64,000 nt of DNA, from positions 62,001-126,000 of the forward strand of contig JBNJNM010000021.1 in NCBI GenBank assembly GCA_052426225.1, given 5' to 3'. The notes beneath the pieces were generated by a model, which worked only from the letters and a program-made list of their open reading frames with translations, had not been told where the DNA came from and did not search any database. This document shows, piece after piece, positions 1-10,393 of the stretch; position 1 is the stretch's first letter; each line of letters opens with the position of its first letter. Source of the stretch: Zancudomyces culisetae HAW-14-8 (Eukaryota > Fungi > Kickxellomycota). The translations under genes and the position numbers were made by a program.

Positions 1-1140
1 CTCTCTTTAATCAAGTTATGAAGTTGCTATGATTGGCACAACATAAATCGCGTATAAAACTTTGTAGCTGGAATTTACAATTCCGCTGGATTAGATGACA
101 TTGTTGGCTTATCCACTTGGCTAATTTACTACGCCATTACCAACCAGCTAAAAAAGTAGCAAAAGCTTTGCTGGCCACAAGAAAGCAGGTGTTTTTTTTG
201 AAGATTGCAAGTTTAAAGGCAAAATGAACGACTCCAAGCTAACATTGGCGAGATATTGAAAAATCCATCTCCATTCAAAGACTATTTTGTGGTTTCTGGA
301 CATCTACTAAATCGAGTAAAGTTAATTGATATGTGCTCTATGGAAGCAGCCAGTAACTGAGTCTATTACTCTCGGAAAATTATACTATTGGTAGTGATTT
401 ATTCATAAAACCTTTATATATCAGTTTACCCAAAAAGCTATAAAAGTTCTCAAAAAAAGGATAGATTGATACTCACATCAAATCACGTCACAGATATTTG
501 CGAATAAAGATAATTGTTACAAACTCTATACATTTTACTTTTAAAGCAGCTATTGAAAATAATACCAGGTAATTTGAGCAATACGATAAACTATTAAAAT
601 GAAACTCAATTGTTATACATAAAACCAATCCGAATCACTTTAAAATTATTTCCATCAAAGCTGCGAATATCTTCCTTGGCGAACCTTCAAATATTACAAG
701 CTCAGAGTTATGCAATAGTAATAAAAATACACATTTCGTTGTGGCACTGTGTATAGCGCATACTTTTTATCATAACTAGTGCCAAATTAGTTTTGAGCTA
801 CCGGATTCTACCAAGTGGCAATAGAGTGTTTAGTCCCACTGTGAGTCCTGATATACTTGCGACTCATAATAAAAGTATAATAAATATTCATTATCTTATA
901 CTCCAGGTAATCACTAGGCTTTTAAGCCTGTTCACAATTATTGGGATGAAAAAAAAATTGAAGCGTTACATTCTACATTTACTTTTGTAAACTGTTCTCA
1001 TCACCTAAACACACAGTTAAAAGTGTATGGTTATATTACTATAATTTTCTGTTCAAATGAAACTTCCTGGGTTACAGTTTTACTTTGGTATCCCAAATAT
1101 GCTACATAATACATTTGACCAATGCATATTTTACGATTCA
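1..1140 (+). mobile_element. Decayed Ty3/Gypsy-like pol remnant (RT to integrase Zn-finger)
   Basis: Frameshifted fragments in pol order: LFNQVMKLL (~4-30, cf. TFQRLM), LDDIVGLS (~91-114, YxDD-like), SIQRLFCGF (~270-295, cf. LQSFLG), YFGIPNM..DQC (~1081-1125, cf. YWWPNM...C). No intact ORF. Confidence 0.4.
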
Positions 1141-1363
1141 ATACAGCCAAAAAGCGATCCCCCTCCCCTCCCCTCCATCCTCTGATTACAAGAGGATCTA
1201 ATGGCATTTGTACATGGTTAACAGATCAAATACATATATTGGGGAGTGAAATGCGAGGTACATTACAAAGCCGAACTTAACTTGACTAAACGGACCTAAA
1301 AAAGTGAATGTCAATATCATGATACCTATCACACTACTTCAGGCCAACGTTTCGAAAATTCTC

Positions 1364-1899
1364 AGTTGTCCATGTTATTATGTTTGTTTTTAACATACTA
1401 TAATGCTGGTGAGATGTAAGTTCTCTTACTATGGGCGCATATATTGATGCGGAACGAGAAAAGAGAAGAACTAGCCTTCCCATTCACGGGCCGAAAACAA
1501 CAAGTGTAAAAACACACACCCAACTCTTGAGAGAACAGCCAATTGATAGTATTTCCCACTGAGACACAGCTAACGCCGAAATCTCCGCAGAACAATTGGA
1601 TCCCACATAAAACATGCAGGCTCCTATTACCCATCATCAGCCACCACCAGAATCATCCAAAAGGGGATCCTCCCAGATAACCTGGCACTTAATTATCTTT
1701 CAAAGACATAACAGACCAATTTTCACTCCAATGAAGCGAAAAGCGAAATAGAATTCCTCCTCTCGCTTCAAAAGAAAAACAACTCACTGGTTCAATCCCG
1801 AGTAATGTGATAGTCCTCCCTCTCAGCTGAGAAAAAGAACACAATAAACGGAAATTTTGAGGGTTAGGTCCTGACTGCTCTTTGAACTTGGTGATTCAT
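1364..1899 (-). ncRNA. Structured ncRNA, candidate telomerase RNA (ends approximate)
   Basis: Template CCUAACCCU at 1868-1860. Enclosing helices 1897-1887/1661-1650 and 1886-1879/1706-1699. Hairpins 1840-1829/1824-1813 and 1770-1761/1741-1732. Long 3' stem 1634-1601/1454-1431, followed by ANANNA (1432-1427) and ACA (1417-1415 or 1369-1367). Many G-U pairs fix the strand. Confidence 0.55.
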
Positions 1900-1921
1900 T
1901 TGGGGACGGCAGCTTTTTGGC

Positions 1922-1929
1922 TATTTATA
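1922..1929 (-). promoter_or_regulatory. TATA box upstream of the candidate ncRNA
   Basis: TATAAATA on the minus strand, ~25-30 nt upstream of the first helix strand (1897). Confidence 0.45.
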
Positions 1930-2447
1930 GCTTTTTATTTGAGCAAAATTTTTTTTAGTAATTGAGGGATATAGACGAAAAAAGTTTTTTACTGGTGATT
2001 AATTTGAATAATTGAATAGAGCTTCCAATCAAGCGTAAAAAATTCTATTTCACTAAACCATTGCTAAAGTTATGGTGAAAACTATACTGACAGTTTTTAA
2101 TTTTTAATAGTGTTCTCTACCATTCTTAAAGCTACAAATAATTGTCAACATCAAGAAACCAGATGTTGAATATATTGAATAGTGAAAGGGCTGATCGATG
2201 TACCATAATATTCTGTAAATAGTGTACAAAGCCAAATGCTAGTTTATAAGCATATAAAAAATAAACACTACACAGTTTACAAAAGCATCGAACAAGTAGA
2301 GCATAGTCCTAAAATAAATAAAAGTTTATTCCCACTGTACCTGGAATATATTTAAAGAAAAAGTTATAAAAAAATATTAAAGGACTTGATGAAAAAAAAA
2401 ATGAAGCAATAAAGTAAATGAATAATGCCTGTGATAAGATGATTCAA

Positions 2448-4580
2448 CTAATTATAGTATCTTGGTTCATCAAATACATGGTAGTAGTGACCACGAACCC
2501 CGGAACCTCTGAAAATGGCAGGGAAGTGATAGGCCGGAGAATAGTGCGATTCCTCAACTCTATCATAGCTTGGCTTCCAATCGGAAATGGCTACACCAGG
2601 TTCAGGAACAACAAACTTGGCGGCCTGGATTTCAGTGTCGGTAATTGTACCGCGAGAAATTCTTGCATAAGCCACGCGTTTAAGACCCTTGTAGGCTATG
2701 TATTGACACCACCGGTCGTGATCGGTAGGATCAACATCGTTTATCTTACCACCATCTATCAGAATGTTGTATATCTCCCCAAATGGTTTGGTAACCACGT
2801 AGCCAGTAAAAATAAATGGGTTTTTGGAGGCACTAATTACTTCCGCAAGTTTGGTGGTCTGTAGTTGACGATCTAGCAGATTTTCCTCTTGGCCATTATG
2901 TGAAATAATAACATCTACGTCGCGACCATGCACGTCCAGAGTGGCGTAGATGGCACAGGCAAGTTCTCCCGCAGGCGAAGGCAACAAAAGATGTTCCGAT
3001 TTCTTAATTGGGAATTTAGAAAGCATAGCGCATCCCCAGGTATGCTTTCTTGGGGACGGCCCATAGTCAACATAGTATCCAAGCTTTTCGCCCAAGTACT
3101 GAGTCCAATCTCTGTTTCCCATAATTATTCGTTCGGTATCTGATTCAAGGAAACCCATCACATCAGGTTTGAGATCTTGTACTGCCTCCAAAATCCGCTG
3201 CTCGGCTGTCCATAGATCATTGTCGATATCGAAATGAATAGTCCAAATGGCAGATGTAATAATCCTCTCTTTTGGATTAAATGGCTCAGGAACCTTTGTC
3301 GTAACCGTCATTCTCCAAAACATCACAAACCACCCAACAGCACCCAAAATCCACATTATTCCACGGCCACTCCTATTCTGACGGCTAAACTCGTTGTTCT
3401 CCGCTGTGTTTTTCTTTAGAGGCCAAGCATCTTCTTTTTCCAAAACTGATCTTGCTCCCCTAACACCAAGGAACAAAAGCCACATTGTCACCAACATAAC
3501 AACCCACGTTCTTTCTCTGAGAAGCGGTCCGCCAGGAACAAACTCGTAGGCAACTGTATAAATACTTGCCAATACTAGCATGTTGTATATCATAAACCCA
3601 ATACCCAGTGTCTTTCCTGGTGGGCATTGTGATACTAGCTTCAACACTGCTGGCGTAATCGAGCTTATGTACACAGCGAATATTAACCCAGCTATGTGTC
3701 CCATCCATCCAGAAACAAATGTTATTATTGCCGCACACACTGCAGCAACCGCCCACCAGATCATCCCTGTGGTTAAATCCACTCTCCTACCGATTGAAAA
3801 GCCCAGAATCAGTGCTGTAACCACCAATCCACCCCATGGTACTGGTGCAGGGCCTGTGCTTGGATATCCATCCCAGGTCCACCTAGAAAGTATGGAGGAA
3901 TCGGTAAAAAAGTTGTGAATTACAAAGATCCATGCACCGAAGCCCGCTGCCCCGTGAAACCAGTACTTTGTTTGCACCCCTGTCCTAGCTGCTGCAACTG
4001 AAAGTTTATCCTTGTCATCATGTGCATCCACTTTCTTTTTGCGATCAGAAATCGATAAAATTACCAGTGATAACGCGCCAAGTATAACGCCTACTGTGTT
4101 CCATCCACCATTTTTATCATTCATAACAGCCCAAAACGGATTGTTTGAATATACCATCATTCGGATTACCAAGCTTAAAATAAGTCCCACTTCGAGTATT
4201 CTAATATCATTTTCCAGGCGCCCTTTTGTCAAGTAGCCATCTGTATAGAGAAAAGAGCTCAACCACAGCGTTGATAGCCCAAAAGTGACTCCCACTACAA
4301 AGAATCTCTTTGTTGGATCATTAATCTTAAAAGCAAGCAAATTCAACAGCATCAAGCCAGATGTCAATGCTCTATTCTTCTGAAGAAACCTTCTTATGCT
4401 GCCTATGCACAAAAGTGCCGGAAGTAAGTCCAATAAAAGCATCACCTCATAGCCACTGAGACCCATCGACCATAGTGGAAAGTACCACACACAAACACCA
4501 AAGGAGGTGAATGCGGTCCAAAACGACAGCGAAATAAATACTTTTGCAAGCAGATTTGCGTGGCTATTTATCTTTGACAT
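2448..4580 (-). CDS. CWH43: Cwh43/PGAP2IP-type GPI lipid-remodelling protein
   Basis: 710 aa. WYFPLWSMGLSGYE, many TM helices, C-terminal endo/exonuclease/phosphatase fold (WTIHF, LESDTERIIMGNRD, DYGPSPRKHTWGC, HNGQEE, DRWCQYI, ITDTEIQ). Confidence 0.93.
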   Translation of the reverse strand: MSKINSHANLLAKVFISLSFWTAFTSFGVCVWYFPLWSMGLSGYEVMLLLDLLPALLCIGSIRRFLQKNRALTSGLMLLNLLAFKINDPTKRFFVVGVTFGLSTLWLSSFLYTDGYLTKGRLENDIRILEVGLILSLVIRMMVYSNNPFWAVMNDKNGGWNTVGVILGALSLVILSISDRKKKVDAHDDKDKLSVAAARTGVQTKYWFHGAAGFGAWIFVIHNFFTDSSILSRWTWDGYPSTGPAPVPWGGLVVTALILGFSIGRRVDLTTGMIWWAVAAVCAAIITFVSGWMGHIAGLIFAVYISSITPAVLKLVSQCPPGKTLGIGFMIYNMLVLASIYTVAYEFVPGGPLLRERTWVVMLVTMWLLFLGVRGARSVLEKEDAWPLKKNTAENNEFSRQNRSGRGIMWILGAVGWFVMFWRMTVTTKVPEPFNPKERIITSAIWTIHFDIDNDLWTAEQRILEAVQDLKPDVMGFLESDTERIIMGNRDWTQYLGEKLGYYVDYGPSPRKHTWGCAMLSKFPIKKSEHLLLPSPAGELACAIYATLDVHGRDVDVIISHNGQEENLLDRQLQTTKLAEVISASKNPFIFTGYVVTKPFGEIYNILIDGGKINDVDPTDHDRWCQYIAYKGLKRVAYARISRGTITDTEIQAAKFVVPEPGVAISDWKPSYDRVEESHYSPAYHFPAIFRGSGVRGHYYHVFDEPRYYN

Positions 4581-6963
4581 CTTGGATCAGCTGCCCTTTG
4601 TAAATATCCAAATCTATAAAAAGATTCAAAATTTGCGTTTTTTTAGTGGAGGTATAACGCTGTGATGTCAAAGTCAGTATATGTATATGTATTACCAGGA
4701 AAATCTTGAATAATGTATTTTATATCAGTAAATGGGGACAGATTACCTTTTCTTATAGCCAATTCTCAATGATTGTATCTACTAAAAAAAAGACAATAAC
4801 AACAATTTTGCGAAATGAATATTAATCGAAGGTCTAAAAGCTTTTTTTATTTTGTAGTTAATGAGCTGCCCGATTAGCATACCTATTAACTGCTAAATGG
4901 AATTTTCTTGTCCCCCCATAAACCAGTTGTGAATTGATTTCGTCAAAATTTGTTTTGAACAGTCAAAATTATTTTATGTTTTGATTTGCTTTGTTATTTT
5001 TTTTTGTTGTTTGTTACAAATCCGCCAATTTATTTTGCTTGTTTTGTCAAGCCTTTTTCGTAGAATTGTTCTGTTTCTTCTCCCGCCCTCCCCCCCCGCT
5101 TCTGCCACATCTGACAGTTAACTTAGCTACTTAAAAATGCCACATAAGGACAAAATTCCCCACTGAGTCGCACATTTCGATTTTGGATGAACCCAACAAC
5201 TTAAATAACAGTCAATTAGATAAACATACAATAATATCAACCCCCTCAAACATACCACAATACACCATAAAAAGCGAGTATACCTTTGGATTTAACTGTG
5301 GTTGGGTATACCTAAACGTAGACATTGTAAAGTGAAAAAATTAATGCCAAGGCGGTCTACAACTACCACAACGTAGTTTTTATACAAATACTAATAAATC
5401 CTCGTTTAGCTAAAAAACAAAAAGGCGGTTCTATCTGCCGACTTTCTACTCAAAGCTTGCTTTACACTACATAATGAAGTATGCCAAAAGCGAAGAAAAA
5501 GGGTTGTGCAAATGATGTGTAAAAGTTAAACTAAATACCCGCTTACAACCATGTAAACTTGGGAATACCACTTTTATACATATCTATTCCCTTATACTAC
5601 TTTTAATATAGCCATGCATTCTCGTTAGAGATATCTAAGCATAGAATAACGCGTTCAGTTGAATTTTAGGCTACCCGATATATGCTACTTTACGATCAAC
5701 CTCCTTTAAATGCAGAGATGGGTTTCAATTGTGGTTTTCAACAATAATACAAAATGACATTTTGGTTCATAGTACATGTTTTGACTATTCAACCCTACAC
5801 ACTAGCGTGCAGTTCAACACCAGCACCTTAAACGGATTTATTTTATTCAACAATAAGTGATTCTTGTTAATACTGAGTAATGCTAATATATACATACTAG
5901 TTCTTATCACGATCTCAAGACTAGTGCAGATATGTGCATCGGCTGATAAAATCAAAATACTATACATTTGCCGTTTGTCCTGTTCCCATTAACTGTTTAG
6001 TTGTAGCCACATATTTCCAGGTATCCACCGTCCTTTTGCTGGTATTCTTTGCCCCCTCCCCTTCTCCCCTCCCTCTTCCCCTAACAGCCTGCTTCCAACA
6101 ACATGGTTTGTTGAATATAACTATCCAATCAGCATGGAACATACTTTTCCCTGAATAAAAGGATTTTATTTCGTCAGAGATTTTGAACCCGCTTGAGCTT
6201 TCCAAAACATATTTTTCATGCTCTCATTTTTCCAAAGCAAAAAAAAAAAGAAACGAAAACGAAAACGAAAACGAAAATGTGAAAACACTCGTATCCCCTA
6301 ATGCATTGTTCGCTGTTTTCATCCAGGTTTTCCAAAAGATACGGCCACACACCACCAATCACAATTTGTAATTTTTTCTTGAATTGCAATATCCAGAACT
6401 GGGTTTGTTCTACCATTACCATATTGGTTTTTCTTTTTTGCTTGAACCAAAACTAACCACTAAAAACGTTTTGTAAACCCGCACTAAAACTCAACACTTT
6501 TTTTTTTGTCAGATGAACCTAAAACTTGACACATGTGATTTTATTTAGCAAACATTTTCCTAATAATAGCCAATCTTGTCAGATAGTTTCATTATTTCTC
6601 ATGCAAAGGCGGGCTTCAATTTACGAACACTTTAATCGTGGTAGACATTCAAAAGCATAAAATAAGATAGCTTTAAGGGTAAACTTTTGATGGAAACTGA
6701 GAAAAAGTCTTACATTTCAATATTCACCTGGAAATTTTGTTAGTATAAACGCCAGAAACACGAGAAATACTTCAGCAATTCCAATCTTGTATCTTTTTAG
6801 AATTTGAAAGGATGATGTTTGGAGTGGGTGACTTTTTACAATAGCAGACAGCACACTTCAAGTTATTGTTGCAACACATTGAAATTGTACTAGTACTCCA
6901 AACACTTACTGAAATAATAACCCCTGAAAAAAAAGAATTCCAGAAAGTCATTGAAAAAGCAAA

Positions 6964-9900
6964 ATGGACTTGATAAGAAAGAAAAAAGGGGGGATAACTA
7001 ACTCCAATACTTTTCTACTCGTTGCGGCAAGTGTCAGTGCAGCTCTTCTAGTAACCAATTATAGACAGCACAAGCAGACAACTGACAAAGTAAAGCGGAA
7101 TATGAGTTTTTCGGACAGGGTTTTGTCTAGTACTAGCTTCCGTAGCTTTAGACAATTCCGAAATGCAGGCCTAAGCGAAACTGAAAAGAAATTTGAACAA
7201 GATGCGCAACTTTTCTTTGAATTAGGAGAGGAGGAGGAGGAGGAAGAGGAGATGAGAGAGGGTAGAGAAGGAGGTGAAAATATAGCCTTGAGTAAAAAAA
7301 GGGATAGAAGTGCTAGTAGAAATGGTGTAAGAAATGAACAAAACCAGTCAGGAACCAGTATATCAAATGGAGACCAAAAAATGTTGTCAAGAAGACCAGG
7401 CAGTGTAGATAAACGGTTTTTGCTGCAATTGAGGGCGATATTCAAGATATTGATTCCAACTCTGAAGAGTAAAGAAGTGGCTATTATTGTGCTACACACG
7501 CTGTTTCTTGTGTTGAGAACATGGATTTCAGTACTGATAGCGGAGTTGGATGGCCGGATTGTAAAATACCTTGTGCAAGGTAGAGGGAAAAGATTCTTGG
7601 GTGGACTGGTATCATGGTTTGCAATAGCTATCCCAGCTACATATACCAATAGCATGATACGCTATCTAGAGTCTAAGCTATCAATAGCGTTTAGAACGAG
7701 GCTAACTGAATATATAAACAAACTATACTTGAATGATAGGTTAACATACTACAAGATGTTGAACCTTAGTAGTAAGGTTCAAAATCCGGACCAATACATT
7801 ACAGTAGATATTAGTAGATTCTGTTTATCATTAGCAATGACATTTTCGAGTATTGGAAAGCCAGTTTTGGATATGATAATATTCCACATCCAGCTCGTAA
7901 ATAGTTTAGGAGTCATGGGAACTGGTTCAATTGTTCTGTTTTACTTGCTGTCAGTGGTTGGACTTAGAAAGCTAATACCATCTTTCGGAAAGCTGGTGGC
8001 CAGCCAAACAGTTCTTGAAGGGCAGTTCAGAGCGGCACACTCTAGGATTATTACAAATGCAGAGGAAATAGCATTTTACAGGGGACAGGACCGGGAGAAA
8101 GAGAATGTAGAATCCACGTTTGAAAAGTTTATGCAGCATCTAGAAAAAATAAGCAAGCTGAGATTTAGACATGTTGTAGTTGAGGATATGGTTGTAAAGT
8201 ATGTTTGGTCTGCACTTGGGTATATTTTGTGTGCTTTGCCGTTTTTGGGAGGAGAAAAGGTGGTAAAAGGAGGGTCAACAGCCAGTGCGAAAAGAATGCA
8301 ACTGTTTATAACAAATAAACGAATAATGGTGAATATTTCGGAAGCAGGGAGTCGATTAATGTATTCAGCTAGGCAAGTAATGGAGCTTTCAGGATATACG
8401 GAAAGAGTATTCAAGCTACTGCACACGCTATATTCGCTTAGAGTGGATTATTACGGAGAACCAACCAAAAGGCGCGGAACCGCAAAACTGAGGGGTAACG
8501 ACTACACACTAGTTGGTGCAAAGGGTATAGTGTATGAGGATATAGAAAGTATAAAGCTTACACAGGTGCCTATTGTGGCACCTAACTTGAACCCCCAGAA
8601 ACCAGGTACAGTACTCGTTCAACCGTTGGTGTGGCACGTAAAGCAAGGTGACCACTGGTTTGTTAAGGGTCCTGGAGGAGTTGGAAAGACATCGTTGATG
8701 AGAGTCATTAGTGGGCTGTGGCCAGTATATTCAGGGGTTTTGGAAAAGCCGGAGGGGAGAGAAGTAGCGTATATTCCAAACAGAGCATATCTATGTATTG
8801 GAACACTGAGAGATCAGATAATATATCCACACAGCGTGACTGAAATGCAAGAGAATGGTTGTACGGACGCCAATTTGTTGGAGATTCTAGAGGTAGTGAG
8901 TTTAGATTATCTTCCAGCCAGAGAAGGGGGGTTGGATGTGGTGAAGGAATGGAGTGATGTTCTTAGTGGTGGGGAAAGGCAGAGAATCTGTATGGCAAGG
9001 ATGTTTTATCATCACCCAATGTTTGCAATTCTCGATGAATGCACCAGCGCTGTTAGCACAGATACGGAGGGGAGAATGTATGAATATGCAAAGTCGATTG
9101 GAATTACATTGATTACCATTTCACATCGATCGGTTCTTGCAAATTACCACGACTATGTATTGAGGCTAGGGGATGTGTATGCATCATCAACGCCGTCGTT
9201 GGGGGTGGTTCCAGGAGACGAGGGTGAAAACAATGGTGTATATGGTACTAGCCCCTCTGCAGACGCATACAAGCGTAGCTTGGACAAACTTTCAGAGACG
9301 ATGGGGGTAGCTTATAGCAGTTTGGGTGTAGTTACGAGTAATAATATGGGTGTTCTAGGGGATGCTACAGGAAAGGGAGCAGAGGATTCTTTTGCGGGAC
9401 CCGCGTGGTCCGATGCGGAGTTGGTGGCACTAGATGAGGAGATAGAGTCGAATTTGTTATCATCACAACAGGGAAAAGGTAAAAGCATAAATGCGAATGG
9501 TGAAACTGGTTCTCCAAACTCTAGCAATAACAGTTTTGGTGATGATGAAAGAGAGGGAGAGGAGGGGTATGTAAAACGTGGTCGTAGTTACCATCGCGCT
9601 CGTGATAATGGTCATGGTCATAGTCATAGTCATGGGATTAATACTGAGCAAAAAAAATATCGCTCAGTAGGGAGAAGTGAATACAGTGGTTCCGTTACTG
9701 GCAACCGGCAGAGGACCCAGACAAAAATAAGGCGAAATAGGTCTGGTGGAAGAATAGGGGGTGGGGGTGGGGGTGGAGATGGGGTCGCTTGGCAAACAGC
9801 CAAACTGATGAATACAAAACAAATAAATAGCGGAGGTGGTCAGCGAGAAAAAGGAGAAGGGGAGGGAGAAGCCACGGCCACAGTTAAGCAGTCTGCTGAT

Positions 9901-10137
9901 GGCGAGAATGAGAGTCAGCCATCAGCTGCATCGGGATCAGGGCAAGTGACCCAATTTATTGATGTACAAGATGACAAAAGTCGTGTTCAAGGCAGTAATA
10001 TTGAAGTTAGGAGGCTGGAGAAAGCGCTTTTGGAACGCAAATCGTTATATACTCAATGGACACGTAGATTGCTGGACATTAAAAATGAGCTCACCCAAGT
10101 TGAGTTGGATCCTCAAGTTCGAGATACTTTGGTTTAG
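6964..10137 (+). CDS. PXA1: Peroxisomal ABC half-transporter (ABCD family), Pxa1-like
   Basis: ABCD TMD (LDGRIV, SKLSIAFRTRLT, NPDQ, EGQFRAAHSRIITNAEEIAFY), Walker A GPGGVGKTS, signature LSGGERQR, Walker B AILDECTSAVS, ISHR. SIAFRTRLT favours Pxa1 over Pxa2. Confidence 0.88.
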   Translation: MDLIRKKKGGITNSNTFLLVAASVSAALLVTNYRQHKQTTDKVKRNMSFSDRVLSSTSFRSFRQFRNAGLSETEKKFEQDAQLFFELGEEEEEEEEMREGREGGENIALSKKRDRSASRNGVRNEQNQSGTSISNGDQKMLSRRPGSVDKRFLLQLRAIFKILIPTLKSKEVAIIVLHTLFLVLRTWISVLIAELDGRIVKYLVQGRGKRFLGGLVSWFAIAIPATYTNSMIRYLESKLSIAFRTRLTEYINKLYLNDRLTYYKMLNLSSKVQNPDQYITVDISRFCLSLAMTFSSIGKPVLDMIIFHIQLVNSLGVMGTGSIVLFYLLSVVGLRKLIPSFGKLVASQTVLEGQFRAAHSRIITNAEEIAFYRGQDREKENVESTFEKFMQHLEKISKLRFRHVVVEDMVVKYVWSALGYILCALPFLGGEKVVKGGSTASAKRMQLFITNKRIMVNISEAGSRLMYSARQVMELSGYTERVFKLLHTLYSLRVDYYGEPTKRRGTAKLRGNDYTLVGAKGIVYEDIESIKLTQVPIVAPNLNPQKPGTVLVQPLVWHVKQGDHWFVKGPGGVGKTSLMRVISGLWPVYSGVLEKPEGREVAYIPNRAYLCIGTLRDQIIYPHSVTEMQENGCTDANLLEILEVVSLDYLPAREGGLDVVKEWSDVLSGGERQRICMARMFYHHPMFAILDECTSAVSTDTEGRMYEYAKSIGITLITISHRSVLANYHDYVLRLGDVYASSTPSLGVVPGDEGENNGVYGTSPSADAYKRSLDKLSETMGVAYSSLGVVTSNNMGVLGDATGKGAEDSFAGPAWSDAELVALDEEIESNLLSSQQGKGKSINANGETGSPNSSNNSFGDDEREGEEGYVKRGRSYHRARDNGHGHSHSHGINTEQKKYRSVGRSEYSGSVTGNRQRTQTKIRRNRSGGRIGGGGGGGDGVAWQTAKLMNTKQINSGGGQREKGEGEGEATATVKQSADGENESQPSAASGSGQVTQFIDVQDDKSRVQGSNIEVRRLEKALLERKSLYTQWTRRLLDIKNELTQVELDPQVRDTLV

Positions 10138-10393
10138 AAAGTCTAAAAAACTCCTTGCTAGCTAGGTTATGTATTCTTTTTTATCTTTATTTATTTTGTA
10201 ATTTTGCTGTACTTTTTGATACCAAAATCAACATTATAGCTATCAAAAGTAAAATAACAATACTATTAATACAATGGATGAATCTCTTCATTTCGTTTCT
10301 TTTTAGAACTGAAATATGGTTACTCCCTAATAAAAGCAACATATTTCTAATTGGTTTTCCAACTTGGTGGGGGGGGGGGTTCATACTTATCCA

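Noticed and set aside
1398-1637. 79-aa minus ORF over the ncRNA
   Set aside because: No protein features. It coincides with the paired 3' domain and is better explained as G/U-rich structured RNA.
1400-1910. RNase P, RNase MRP, SRP, U3 or snR30/U17 identity
   Set aside because: UGGGAAA and AUAGUAA resemble CR-III/CR-IV, but there is no GGAAnnUC or GARAGUCCCC/GGGGCU P4, no SRP helix-8 GNRA, no U3 5' motif and no m1/m2 elements. Not formally excluded without Infernal.
7059-7655. Antisense ORFs inside genes (also 39247-40269, 52697-53278, 61802-62362)
   Set aside because: Shadow frames of real genes with biased composition.
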